DNA of 64,000 nt from Hemiscyllium ocellatum (Eukaryota), in the NCBI RefSeq assembly GCF_020745735.1, contig NC_083404.1:26846001-26910000 (forward strand). Direction: 5' to 3'. The notes beneath the pieces were generated by a model that worked only from the letters and a program-made list of their open reading frames with translations, was not told the origin of the DNA and did no database searches. How positions within the stretch are numbered: position 1 is the stretch's first letter; every line of letters begins with the position of its first letter. Positions 54,070 to 64,000 of the stretch are shown piece by piece. The translations under genes and the position numbers were made by a program.

Positions 54070-54102
54070 TGATGAAGGGCTTATGCTCGAAACGTCGAAT
54101 TC
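54063..54102 (+). ncRNA. Minimal type I hammerhead ribozyme motif (family A), best preserved copy
   Basis: GGATTC-CTGATGA-A-GGGC ttat GCTC-GAAAC-GTC^GAATTC. Helix I is 6 bp with one G.U and helix II is 4 bp with one G.U. Predicted cleavage after C54096. Confidence 0.8.
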
Positions 54103-54234
54103 TCTATTCCTGAGATGCTGCCTAACCTGCTGTGCTTTGACCAGCAACACATTTGCAACCCTCATGATTTAGTCAATAACACTCAACCCTACCCAAATTC
54201 ATGTAAAGAACATACAAGAGCCAGTAGTATAACT

Positions 54235-55478
54235 GCTAATTTTAGGGAACAATGTGGCAGAAGTGTCAGTAGGGGAGTATTTCAGTGATATAGTTAACAA
54301 AACTCAAGATTTAAATAAGATAGACATGGAAAGGGACAAAGATGGATTGGAAATAAAGATTATGAATGGGAGAGAGGATGTGAGCAACTTTAATACGATA
54401 AGACAGGACGTGGCTAAAGTAGATGGGATGTGGCTTCTTGTAGCAAAACCTATATCAGAGGAGAACGACTCTTTCAGAAAGAAAGTGCAAAACTAGCACG
54501 CTCCCACAAAAAGGTGGGATCCAGAGTGCTTGATGTCAAGGAATACAAAGGATTGTATAGACAAAGCAGATATCTGGGGTTCAAAACCAGAAATCCAGAA
54601 GGTATATAGAATGTGCAGAGGGCTATGCAAAGAAGAAATTAGGAAAGTGAAAAGGGAGCATACAAAAACACTAACCGGTAACATTAAGGAAAATCCAAAG
54701 GCATAGGTATAATCAGGGTAAGAGCAGGGGCCATTAGGGACTAAAGTGGCAAAATGGCATGTGTAGACAAAAGACATAGGTGAGGCGTTAAATGAGTAAC
54801 TTGTATTTGTATTCACTGATGAGAAGTTAAAAATCACAACACCAGGTTATAGTCCAACAGGTTTAATTGGAAGCACACTAGCTTTCATAGCGACGCTCCT
54901 TCATCAGGTGACTGTGGAGGGCTCGATCGTAACAGAATTTATAGCAAAAATTTGCAGTGTGATGTAACTGAAATTATACATTGAAAAATTGATTGTCTGT
55001 TAAGTCTTTCATCTGCTAGAATATCGGGATAGTTTCACTTCTTTTAGTGAAGTCCAACAACAGTGGTGGGGAAAAAAAATTGAGGGACAGAATTACTCTC
55101 CATTTGGAGAGACAGGACTAATCAAGTTTAGATAGCATGGCTTTGCCAAGGAGTTTATGCTTAGCAGGTTTGATTGAATTTTTCCAAGAAGATTACTAGA
55201 TCAATAGATGTGGATAATTCAATTTATGTTGTCTACATGGACTTCAGTAAAGGTTCTGACTAGGTTTCACACAGGACTCTGGTCAAGAAGTTAAAAGCCG
55301 TAGTATCCATTATTGGCACAGTGGCAAGAGGCAGGGGGTATTTGCCAAACTTTGCTTTCGTGACTGAAAGCTTGCACCTAACGGACTGCAAGGCTTAGTG
55401 CTGGACCCTTTGCTGTTGGTAATGTACATCAGTGATCTAGAAATAAATAATTGGAGGTTTGTTCAGAAAGTTCGCAGA
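54235..55478 (+). mobile_element. Decayed CR1 segment with nested PLE end
   Basis: VAEVSVGEYFSD..NFNTIRQDVAKVD, plus tacatggacttcagtaa and ctggaccctttgctgtt RT wording. Confidence 0.75.
54823..55045 (-). mobile_element. PLE terminal-repeat fragment (family B) with hammerhead at 54876-54910
   Basis: Reverse match to 8580-8800. Minus strand CAC-CTGATGA-A-GGAGC gtc GCTat-GAAA-GCTA^GTG. Confidence 0.85.
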
Positions 55479-56430
55479 TCCTACACTCATCAGGACTTAA
55501 CATTCATTGAAGGGGTAAAAACCAACATTCATATTGCACGAGAACACAGTACTGATTGTTTGGCAAGTGAACTCTGATTGGTAGATGCAGCATCATTCAA
55601 AATGCACCCATGAATACTGATTTGGAGATGCCAGTGTCAGACTGGGGTGTACCAACACCAGGTTTATTTGGAAACACAGTAGCTTTTGGCGCGACGCTCC
55701 TTCATCAGGTAATAACCACCTAATGAAGGAGTGGCGCTCAGAAAGCTAGTGTGCCTCCAATATAACTTGGTGTTGTGAGATTTTTAACCCATGAATATTG
55801 GTTGACAGTTGACTGCCAGGTTCTCAGTTTTAAACTAAGCAGGTTAACTTAAACTGGCCAAGGCATTACCCTGAAAAATTAATCTCAACAGATGTTGCAA
55901 CTTACTGCTACTGTGCAACAGCACCATTGTGGTGCTTACTACTAACAGAGTGCTGCAATCAAATTTTAAAAATGTTCTATCGTCCAAACAAGTACCAAGA
56001 TCTGTATATTTCAGCGGTGAGATGCTAGATTTTTAGGTCCTATGTCCAAAAGGTAGATGGATAACTATTTCAAGCAAAGTACTGCTGTCCATGCAAAAGC
56101 ATCTCATGCTTGCAAAATTCATAACTATGTCCAACACAGTGATTCTGCATTTAGATAACAATTGTTGGATAATCTTGCATGCCAGAAGAACTATGCTGAC
56201 AATTAATTTAGGATTGTCAGCCAGGCTATGTAGAGCACTTGAATGTGCTGGAAGCCTGGCAATTAACTGTTAATCAGCATTAATGGGTATATTCTCCATG
56301 GCAATGCCAGAGGATACTTGCCAACCAGCTTTCTACTCTCATGCTGCATAAATGGTGACTCTTCCCTTCTTGACGAATGCTCTGATGAGTGCAAGACAAA
56401 AGCTTTGACAAAATGTATCTCCTTTTAGCG
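55479..56430 (+). mobile_element. Old PLE (family D): GIY-YIG remnant between inverted terminal repeats, each ending in a hammerhead relic
   Basis: 55550-55820 (excluding the nested insert) is an imperfect inversion of 56255-56330. Cores gtc-CTGATGA-gtgtagga (-, 55479-55496) and CTGATGA-gt gcaag ac-aaaagcttt-gaca (+, 56382-56410). The middle gives VVLTTNRVLQSNFKNVL, then a frameshifted DARFLGPMSKR resembling the YxG motif. Confidence 0.6.
55617..55786. mobile_element. Palindromic PLE end (family B) with two decayed hammerheads, nested in the family D element
   Basis: 11-bp TSD acccatgaata at 55606-55616 and 55787-55797. Cores at 55677-55711 (-) and 55717-55751 (+). Confidence 0.8.
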
Positions 56431-59324
56431 ATTCTAAGTTATGAATCACCAAACGACTAATTTTATTCTGTTTACACTAACCTATATAAAATCAATAAAT
56501 CAATGGGAAGCTTCATTTCAAAGTTTTCACGTTATCCACTTCACAACAGTTGTGAACATAAAGTTTCATTTTAAAACGTGAAGTTTTCTTAGGGTAATAA
56601 AATGGTTAATTGTAAATTAGACATGCAAAATAAGGAGCTAAGGAAATCATCTAGAATAACAATTATGATTACTTAAGGATGGCACTTATGTTTGTCATGC
56701 ACCAAGGCAGCAATGAAAAAAAAGTTGACAAATATATTTTAAAAATCTGAATAAGTGTCCTGTGTTTGACAAAAGCAGGGACAAACAATGTTATTTAATG
56801 CCAAGTAGAAAGCTAATACTAAATCAAAAACTTTAAACTACTTTCCTAACAGAATGCTAGACATACCTACACCATGTGGACGGCATGAGTTCAAGGTTGT
56901 GGATCTCCACCACTTTCACAACAGTAGATGCTGGCCTGGTCAAAAACACTCACTTACCATGAAAAAATTGTATTAAAAAATGTTGGCAACAACAGTTACA
57001 TACCTCAATATTCATTTCCACCCTCCTCTACACTGTATACCTTAACCAAAAACAAAACATAAATCCATGATATGGATATTAAGAATTCCTGGCTTCACAA
57101 CTTGCCAAAATTACATTCTGCATTTGCTCCAAATCCACAATATTGTCATTTGACTTATATGCTGCTGAGTTGTATATTAAGGAGCTCACACAGTTACAGC
57201 ATAAAGACTGATAAAACAGCATGAGGAAGTAGATAAATTTTAAACATATGTCATTTGATATCCACCAGAATCTGCAGCCAGACCTGTAAACACAGTGGAA
57301 CTATCTGAAAAGTAAATTATCCGAATTTGAAGATATATTAATTGATATTTATTAAACATACTTGAAGACATTTTAATAGCATATTAAAACTTAGGGAAAT
57401 TTCAACAAATCTGCACTTACAATGTTTCCTCTTGGTATGAAATGAAATTAAAGTTGGCATCATTTGAGAGCCAAATTAATTACTTTCAGGTGAGCTCAAG
57501 AGTTTCAGTGCACAAACTTTGTGGATGGTTATCAAATTCAACACATCAAAAAGATTAATACAGCAGATTTGAAGACACTTTTCTTTACACAGTACAGCTG
57601 GTGAAACTAACACTCCATGGTAAAGGTGTTTCTCTCCTCCCCCTTTAGTTACAGCTCCCCCATGAAACTGAAAAGATTGGATCAAAGTAATAGCCAATTC
57701 TGAAGTTTTCTTGGTACCATTGTCCCTTATTGACAGTAAGCTGGAAGCTGGAATCACTATTCTGAAAATGCCAACAGCTCTCTGCCCTTGCAGGAGAACA
57801 GCTCTTTAACTAAGGTCACCAAGTTGCCTTGACTACAATTACCAAAGCCTTGAAAAATGAAGTGGATTTCTGCATCCAGCTGCTAAACATGACCAGGCTA
57901 GAGTATTGAAGCTGCTGACAAAGAAATACCTTTCAGTGAAAAAAACTGTGTTTTCATTTTCTTTGTTCATGTCAGTTGGAATAAAAATACAAGCTACTAA
58001 TTTTCAGCTTGAGATTTAAAAATTAAAAATTTCTTGACAAGCACTATTTCAATATAATTGTTTAGGCAATTATAACAACTGATTTCACACTGCAGAGGCA
58101 TAAATTAATATTAAATTATCCATAAGTGTCAAAGTACTAGTATTAGAGACAAAGTCAGGAACTGTTCTACACATTCCCTAGACATTCCTGAAATGTGCTG
58201 AAAGAAACAGGGAGTCTACCCTGTTGCAAGTACTCATCCACCCCTTGAGAAATAAACCAGATCACAAATTCAAACACACAAGCAGTGCCCAAAAGTGAAT
58301 GTTTTCACATTTCTTTTTAAGAAAAACACTCCAAGTAGGTCTGACAGGAACTGTAGACACACAATCAGGCCCTCATACTTGTTCCATCATTCAATGGTGA
58401 TTGCTTTGTACTTGAATTCTACTCTCCTTTGCATTAAACTCCTCAATACCTTTACCTGACAAAATCTTAGGTTTTGAAACTTAATTATTCCAGTATGCAC
58501 AGTCTAATGAAGAAAGCAGTTCCACAATTCCACTACCTTTGAGAGATACTACTACAAATACGCAATGAGAAAAAGAATACGCAAGAAATCAAATCAGTGG
58601 AAGAGTGTGTTAAATGGATGGATGTAGTTCTGGGGAAGGTTAAAAATAAAGGAGCAAGCTAGCTTGCAAAAAAAATTTAAAACAAAAAGGTTTTAAATTT
58701 GACACTCTAGGGTCTGACAGTCACATTAGGTCATTTATGACTGAAAATTGAATAGGACTTTGTATAGGACAGTGTAGTGTCCTATAAGCTGATGTTTATT
58801 GAAATTATTTCAACAACTATTATTTTCAACTAATAGCCTACCCTTAAATGTCTTCCTTGTTGATTTTCCAATCCTCGAATGGTTTAGTGTTTTAAATGTG
58901 CCCAATTTTCATCATAAAATTGACAAATTGCCATTTCATATGAATTCCACAAAATCATGATTCTTAGAGATTGTATCAGCACCTCTAAACACAGGTGACA
59001 ATGCGACTATCGCTACTGGTGCAGTTTGCAAACATTGCTTTCACCTTCATTCTGGAACAGCATGAAGCAGTAAACAAAAAATATACTGATAACTTAGAGA
59101 AATGAAATAGTGCTAAAACAAAAACAAATGCGCAGGTGTTTCAAGTAACAGTATATTCTCTAACCCTGAATTTTTAACTAAATTGTAAAAGGTGGACAGC
59201 TCAAAAAATAAAAAAAAATCTTCTGAAAAATGCAAACATATATGACTTACACAAACTGAAAGGATGCAAGAAACAGATTCAATTACACAGTTACTTCTAA
59301 CAGTACTGTTATCACGCAAATATG

Positions 59325-59530
59325 TTGTGTGCTTGGAATGAGCTGCCAGAGGACATGTTGGAGGCAGGTACCATTACAACATTTAAAAGACATCTGGACG
59401 AGTATACAAATAGGAACGTCTTAGAGGGATATGGGCCAAATGCTGACAAATGGGACTAGGTCAAATTGGGAGTCTGGCTGGTGTGGATGAGTTGGACTGA
59501 AAGGTCTGTTTCTGTGCCGTATGACTATAA
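59325..59530 (+). mobile_element. CR1 3' tail
   Basis: tggaatgagctgccagagga...gttggactgaaaggtctgtttc. Confidence 0.85.
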
Positions 59531-61009
59531 ATATATCCTGTGAAGCAGCAATAAAAGTCTCCATGAACAAGCTTGTAAAATCTCAACATTCAGCCCAGTT
59601 CTGATCTCAATAAAGGTTGCAAGACCTGGTGAATTGCACCGACATGCAGGGCAGTGAACCATGGCAATCTCAATTTCACAGGCCGGATAAAATACTGTGC
59701 AACTGTGGCAGACCTCTTCGTCCTGTAGTTATCCAGACGATGAACATCAATATGCGTTCCATTACCAAGCTAAACCTGCCTTTCACAAAACGTCAGGGTA
59801 TGACCTACACAGGACAAAATTACCAACACCAATTTAACACTTGCAAATAAACTACTTTAACAAAAATAACTGATCTGTATAACTTCAGGACAAACTTTTA
59901 ACACAGCTTTCATGAAAATTCAGCTACAATTTCTTTAAACTCCCAACTAGACTTATGAAGTCTTCATTTTCTTGACCTTGCTACAATCTAGGGAATGAGG
60001 CTGTTCATAAATACAAACCTTATTTTCTCAGCTACATTATAATGAGCAACACAAGTTAACAGTTTGGATGTTTAGAAAGAAGCTAAATAGAAAAATAAAA
60101 TGCAAGGCACTCCAGGGATAGAATGTTTCCAAAAAGAAATTGGAAATCAAAATTAAATACCGAACAGAAAATTAAATCAATGCAAAACAAAATCAGTGTT
60201 GGCGGATAACAATTGCTGAGGCAACTTTTATAAAAAGGAAACCTATTGTTGCCAGCAAGGTTCAGAGAACATAGAACATGGTAGCTTAAGCTGCATCTTA
60301 CTGCTGTCAAATGCTGGCAGTTTCTTGGCCAGACATTGAAATTTCTCTTTCTGAAAATAACACCAATGACCCATGAATTGCTATGAATTCATTTAAATGA
60401 GCCCAAGTAAAGTAACTGGATAGTCTTTATGTGCCTGTAAAGTTCAAAAGCAAATTCTGACAGTGACTGCTCCACACTAGTTCAATTGAAAAAAGCTCAA
60501 GGCCCAGCCAAGCCACAGCTTGAAAACTGTAATGGCATTTCAACAAACTTTCTCACAGTAAAACTGCTACAAGGGAAAACCAAGTACTAAACTGGAGGGG
60601 CAGTCTATTCAAAAGCACTGTTGCTCTGCCTCTCCTCCTCTCAACACATACCATTTATAGCTTATTTAAATTCAACACAGGAGCCTGTGTCAAACAAAAA
60701 TAAGGGGACACCACATGAAAAATTCATAACAAGCAGCTGCTGAAGATATAGACAACTAAAGTGAGGAAAACTCTCAGACTAACTCTACAATATTCCTGCA
60801 ATAAAACGGCCTTTAAACCTAAATGGAAGAAAATACTAAACAACTTAGCACTGTTAAGCTTACTTTTAGGGAATTTTACAAAACGACATTGCCTTGAAAG
60901 AGTCAGACAGTAAATTTAGGAATGAGTTAAAGTAACGTTGTCCTCACTACTGATATAAAATTTATTGCAAAAGTAAAATGCCAACTCAAACAGAAAATGA
61001 CATCAGCTC

Positions 61010-62335
61010 TGCACAGACTGTAAAACTTCACTACAATTCGTTGAGGTGGTAACAAGCAGGATAAATAAAGGAGAAGTAGATGGATACGTTTGGATGGATT
61101 TTCAGAAGGTGTTTGATAAAGTGCCACACATTACACTACTTAATAAGGTAATAGTCCATGGTGTTGGGCCCAGTATATCAACGTGCAGAAAGGACTAATT
61201 AACTAAAGAACAGGTTTTTTTGGGGGGTGGGGAGTTCAAGATGGCAACCTATAACTAGAGAAGTGCCACATGGTAAAAACAAGGACTGCAGATGCTGGAA
61301 ACCAGATTCTAGATTAGAGTGGTGCTGGAAAAGCACAGCAGTTCAGGCAGCATCCAAGGAGCAGGAAAGTTGACATTTCTGGCAAAATGAAGGGCTTTTG
61401 CTGTGCTTTTCCAGCACCACTCTAATCTAGAAAGTGCCACATGGTGCCAAGGTCTCAATTATTTACAATATATATCAATCACTTGGGTGAGAAAAATGAA
61501 TGCACTATAAATAAATTTGTGGAATACATAAAAATAGGTAGGAAGACAAGTGGTGAGGATGACACAGTCTGCAGAGGGATATTGATAGGTTAAATGAGGG
61601 GATAAGACTTGGCAGATGAAACAATGTTGAAATATCTGATTTTCAAATGGAGAAAGACTTCAGAAAGTTGCTGGAGGGGGATTTGGGAGTCCTCACACAT
61701 TAATCACAAAAAACCTAGCATACAAATTCAGCAGGGAAGGCAAATGGGATGGATGGTCTTTATTTCAATGGAATGGAGAATAGAGGTAGAGAGATTTTGC
61801 TAACACTATAGAAGGCACGAGTCAGACAAAACTTCAACAGTTTTGGGGTCCATATCTAAGCAAAGTTATACTAATCTTAGACACAGTCCAGAGAAAATTC
61901 ATTAGGCTGATATCAGATATGAAGGTACTGTCTTATGAAGATAGGCTGAGTAGATGGGCACATATTTGCCCATAAGGGGTGAGCTTATGGAAACAATAAA
62001 AGATTCTTCGAGTGCTTGATAGGATAGATGAGGAGAGATAGTCTTTTGACCCTCTTTGTTTCTACAAAGTGAAACAATCTCAGAATAAGAGAAAGATAAG
62101 ATGAGAAGGAACATCTTTTTGAGGGTTGTGAATCTGAAATTGTTGTCCACAAAGGGCTGTCGTGGCTGGGTCACTGAGCCAGACAGATTTTTAATCTATA
62201 AGCAAATCAAGGGTTATGGAGAAAAGGTCAGAAAATGGATTGGAGGATAATCAGTTCAGCTATGAGGTCATTGAACCCTGGAGTAGACTCAATGGCTGAT
62301 TGATTTACTTTTACTCTTATGGCTTATGGTCTTTT
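61010..62335 (+). mobile_element. Decayed CR1 RT and 3' region with nested PLE end
   Basis: ttggatggattttcagaaggtgtttgataaagtgccaca (DFQKxFDKVP) and tail cttatggcttatggtctt. Confidence 0.8.
61275..61431. mobile_element. Palindromic PLE end (family A variant) with collapsed centre
   Basis: 14-bp TSD aagtgccacatggt at 61261-61274 and 61432-61445. tctagattagagtggtgctggaaaagcacagca is inverted. Only pieces of both hammerheads remain. Confidence 0.85.
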
Positions 62336-62500
62336 AGCTGCTAAAACTAATTCAAGAACATAACTAAACATTTTAAACAACAGAACTCCCACTTTTTAAG
62401 AGCAGCTATATAACAATTGAAAACCAAAAATGGGGCCTCTGCACCAGACTGGTTTCTAGACTCAGTTTAGGATCTTCCCAGAAGCTACAATGTTGCAAAT

Positions 62501-62502
<2 letters not shown>

Positions 62503-62552
<50 letters not shown>
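62503..62552. repeat. (GT)n microsatellite followed by a G run
   Basis: Direct inspection. Confidence 0.97.
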
Positions 62553-62553
<1 letters not shown>

Positions 62554-62629
62554 TGGGGGGGGGCGTGGGTTGCAGATAGACTTCTAGAAGTGGAAAGTAG
62601 GAGTCAGCTGTGAAATTGTATACTTATGT

Positions 62630-64000
62630 TAGACCATAAGACATAGAGGCAGAATTAGGCCATTTGACCCTTCAAGTCTGCTCTGCCATTAAATCATGAT
62701 TATGTTTCCCAACCCCATTTTCCTGCATTTGTCCTGTAACCCCTTAATCTCCTTACCAACCAAGAACCTATTTCTATCTTAAATACTCTTAATGACTTGG
62801 TCTCCAGTTCTCTGCAGCAATGAGTTCCACAGATTAACCACACTCTAGCCGAAGAAATCCCTCATCTCAGTTTTAAAAGTCTGCCCCTTCATTCAGAGGC
62901 TGTATCTTGGTCCTACTCTCTCATAGGAGTGGAAACATCTTCTCAATATCCATTCTATCTAGACTTCTACAGGTTTCAATGGGAATGCCCAAGCCCATCC
63001 TTCTGAACTCAAGAGTCCAGTCCTTGAAACAACAACCGCTCCTCATATGACAAGCCCGTCATTCCCGGAAACCTTCTCTGCACACTCTTCGAATTCAGAA
63101 CATCTCTCCTTGAAATTTAAGGCCAAAACCACTCTCAGCATTCCAAATGAAGTCTGAACAGATACAGCCTCAGTAGTACAGTTCTGCTCTTGCATTCTAG
63201 TTCTCTTGAACTGAATGCGAGCAATCTTCCTAATGGCCAAATGAACCTGTATGTTATTCTTAATCAAAACCTGAACTAGGATACCTAAGTCCCTTTGTGC
63301 TTCAGATTTCCAGAGCCCTTCCCTAATCAGAAATTAGTCTATGCCTCTATTCATCCTACCAATGTGCATAACCTCATATTTTCCCACATTGTATTTCTTT
63401 GTCCAGCCTTATACCCTGTCCATGTCCTTCCACAGACTCCTTGCTTCCGCGACACTACCTATCCCTCCACCTGTCTTTGAGTCATCTGCAAACTTGGCAA
63501 CAATGCCCTCACAGTTCCTTCATCTAGATCGTTAATGCATAACATGACTTCTTGTCTATTAATAGACAGTTTACCATCATCTTCTCCCCCGACTTTCTTT
63601 TTTTGAAAGTTATCTTCTGCTGGCTTTTAAAGGTTTCCCAAACTTCTAGCTTCCCATTAATCTTAACCACAATCATATACTTTTCAATTCGCTTTTATGT
63701 GGTCTTTGACTTCCCTTGTTCGCCTGTTGCTTTATCTTCCCTTTAGTTTTTCCCTGGGATGAATTTCTGCTGTGTCTCTTAATTATCCCCCAGAAACTCC
63801 TGCCATTGCTGCTCTACTCTCTTCACTGCTAAGCTCCCCTTCCAATCAACTCTGGCCAGCTCCTCCCTCATGGCTTTGCAGTTTACGCAACTATAATACC
63901 ATCATATCTGATTCCAGCTTCTCCCTCTCAAACTACAGGGTGAATGCTATCGCATTTTGGTCACTAGCCCCTGGGGGTTCCTTCACCTTAAGTTCCCTAA
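62630..64000 (-). mobile_element. Decayed CR1 LINE (tail, RT and upstream fragments), running off the window
   Basis: accataagacatag tail and gtcatctgcaaacttggc (KFADD on the minus strand). Confidence 0.8.

Larger units (their letters stand above)
53940..54156. mobile_element. Young palindromic PLE end (family A) with two hammerheads
   Basis: 17-bp TSD aaccctcatgatttagt at 53923-53939 and 54157-54173. Perfect 90-bp arms 53976-54065 and 54067-54156 around T54066. Confidence 0.92.

Noticed and set aside
60302-60350. 49-nt minus-strand exon candidate (KEKFQCLAKKLPAFDS)
   Set aside because: Too short to distinguish from chance without RNA data.

Overview
This window is AT-rich, repeat-dense vertebrate DNA. 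The repeat families (CR1/HER1-type LINEs, HE1-type SINEs, Deu-domain-like SINEs) point to a cartilaginous fish, probably a shark; that assignment is inference. I could not identify a host protein-coding exon, so it reads as a large intron or intergenic region. The long ORFs in the track are broken CR1 reverse-transcriptase pieces or their antisense frames. The main signal is a dense population of Penelope-like retroelement (PLE) derivatives carrying minimal type I hammerhead ribozyme motifs: CUGANGA, helix II, GAAA, a loopless palindromic helix III, then UH. I count about 19 intact or decayed cores in four sequence families. Many lie in 85-230 bp inserts with 9-17 bp target-site duplications (TSDs), and these inserts end or fold back into a palindrome almost exactly at the 5' edge of the hammerhead. 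Three GIY-YIG endonuclease remnants link the motifs to PLEs. The window also holds a ~630 bp fold-back element, a small hAT-like MITE, a tRNA-Asn pseudogene, a perfect 20-bp hairpin and an unexplained 36-bp exact direct repeat. Boundaries of old repeats were estimated by eye and are approximate.
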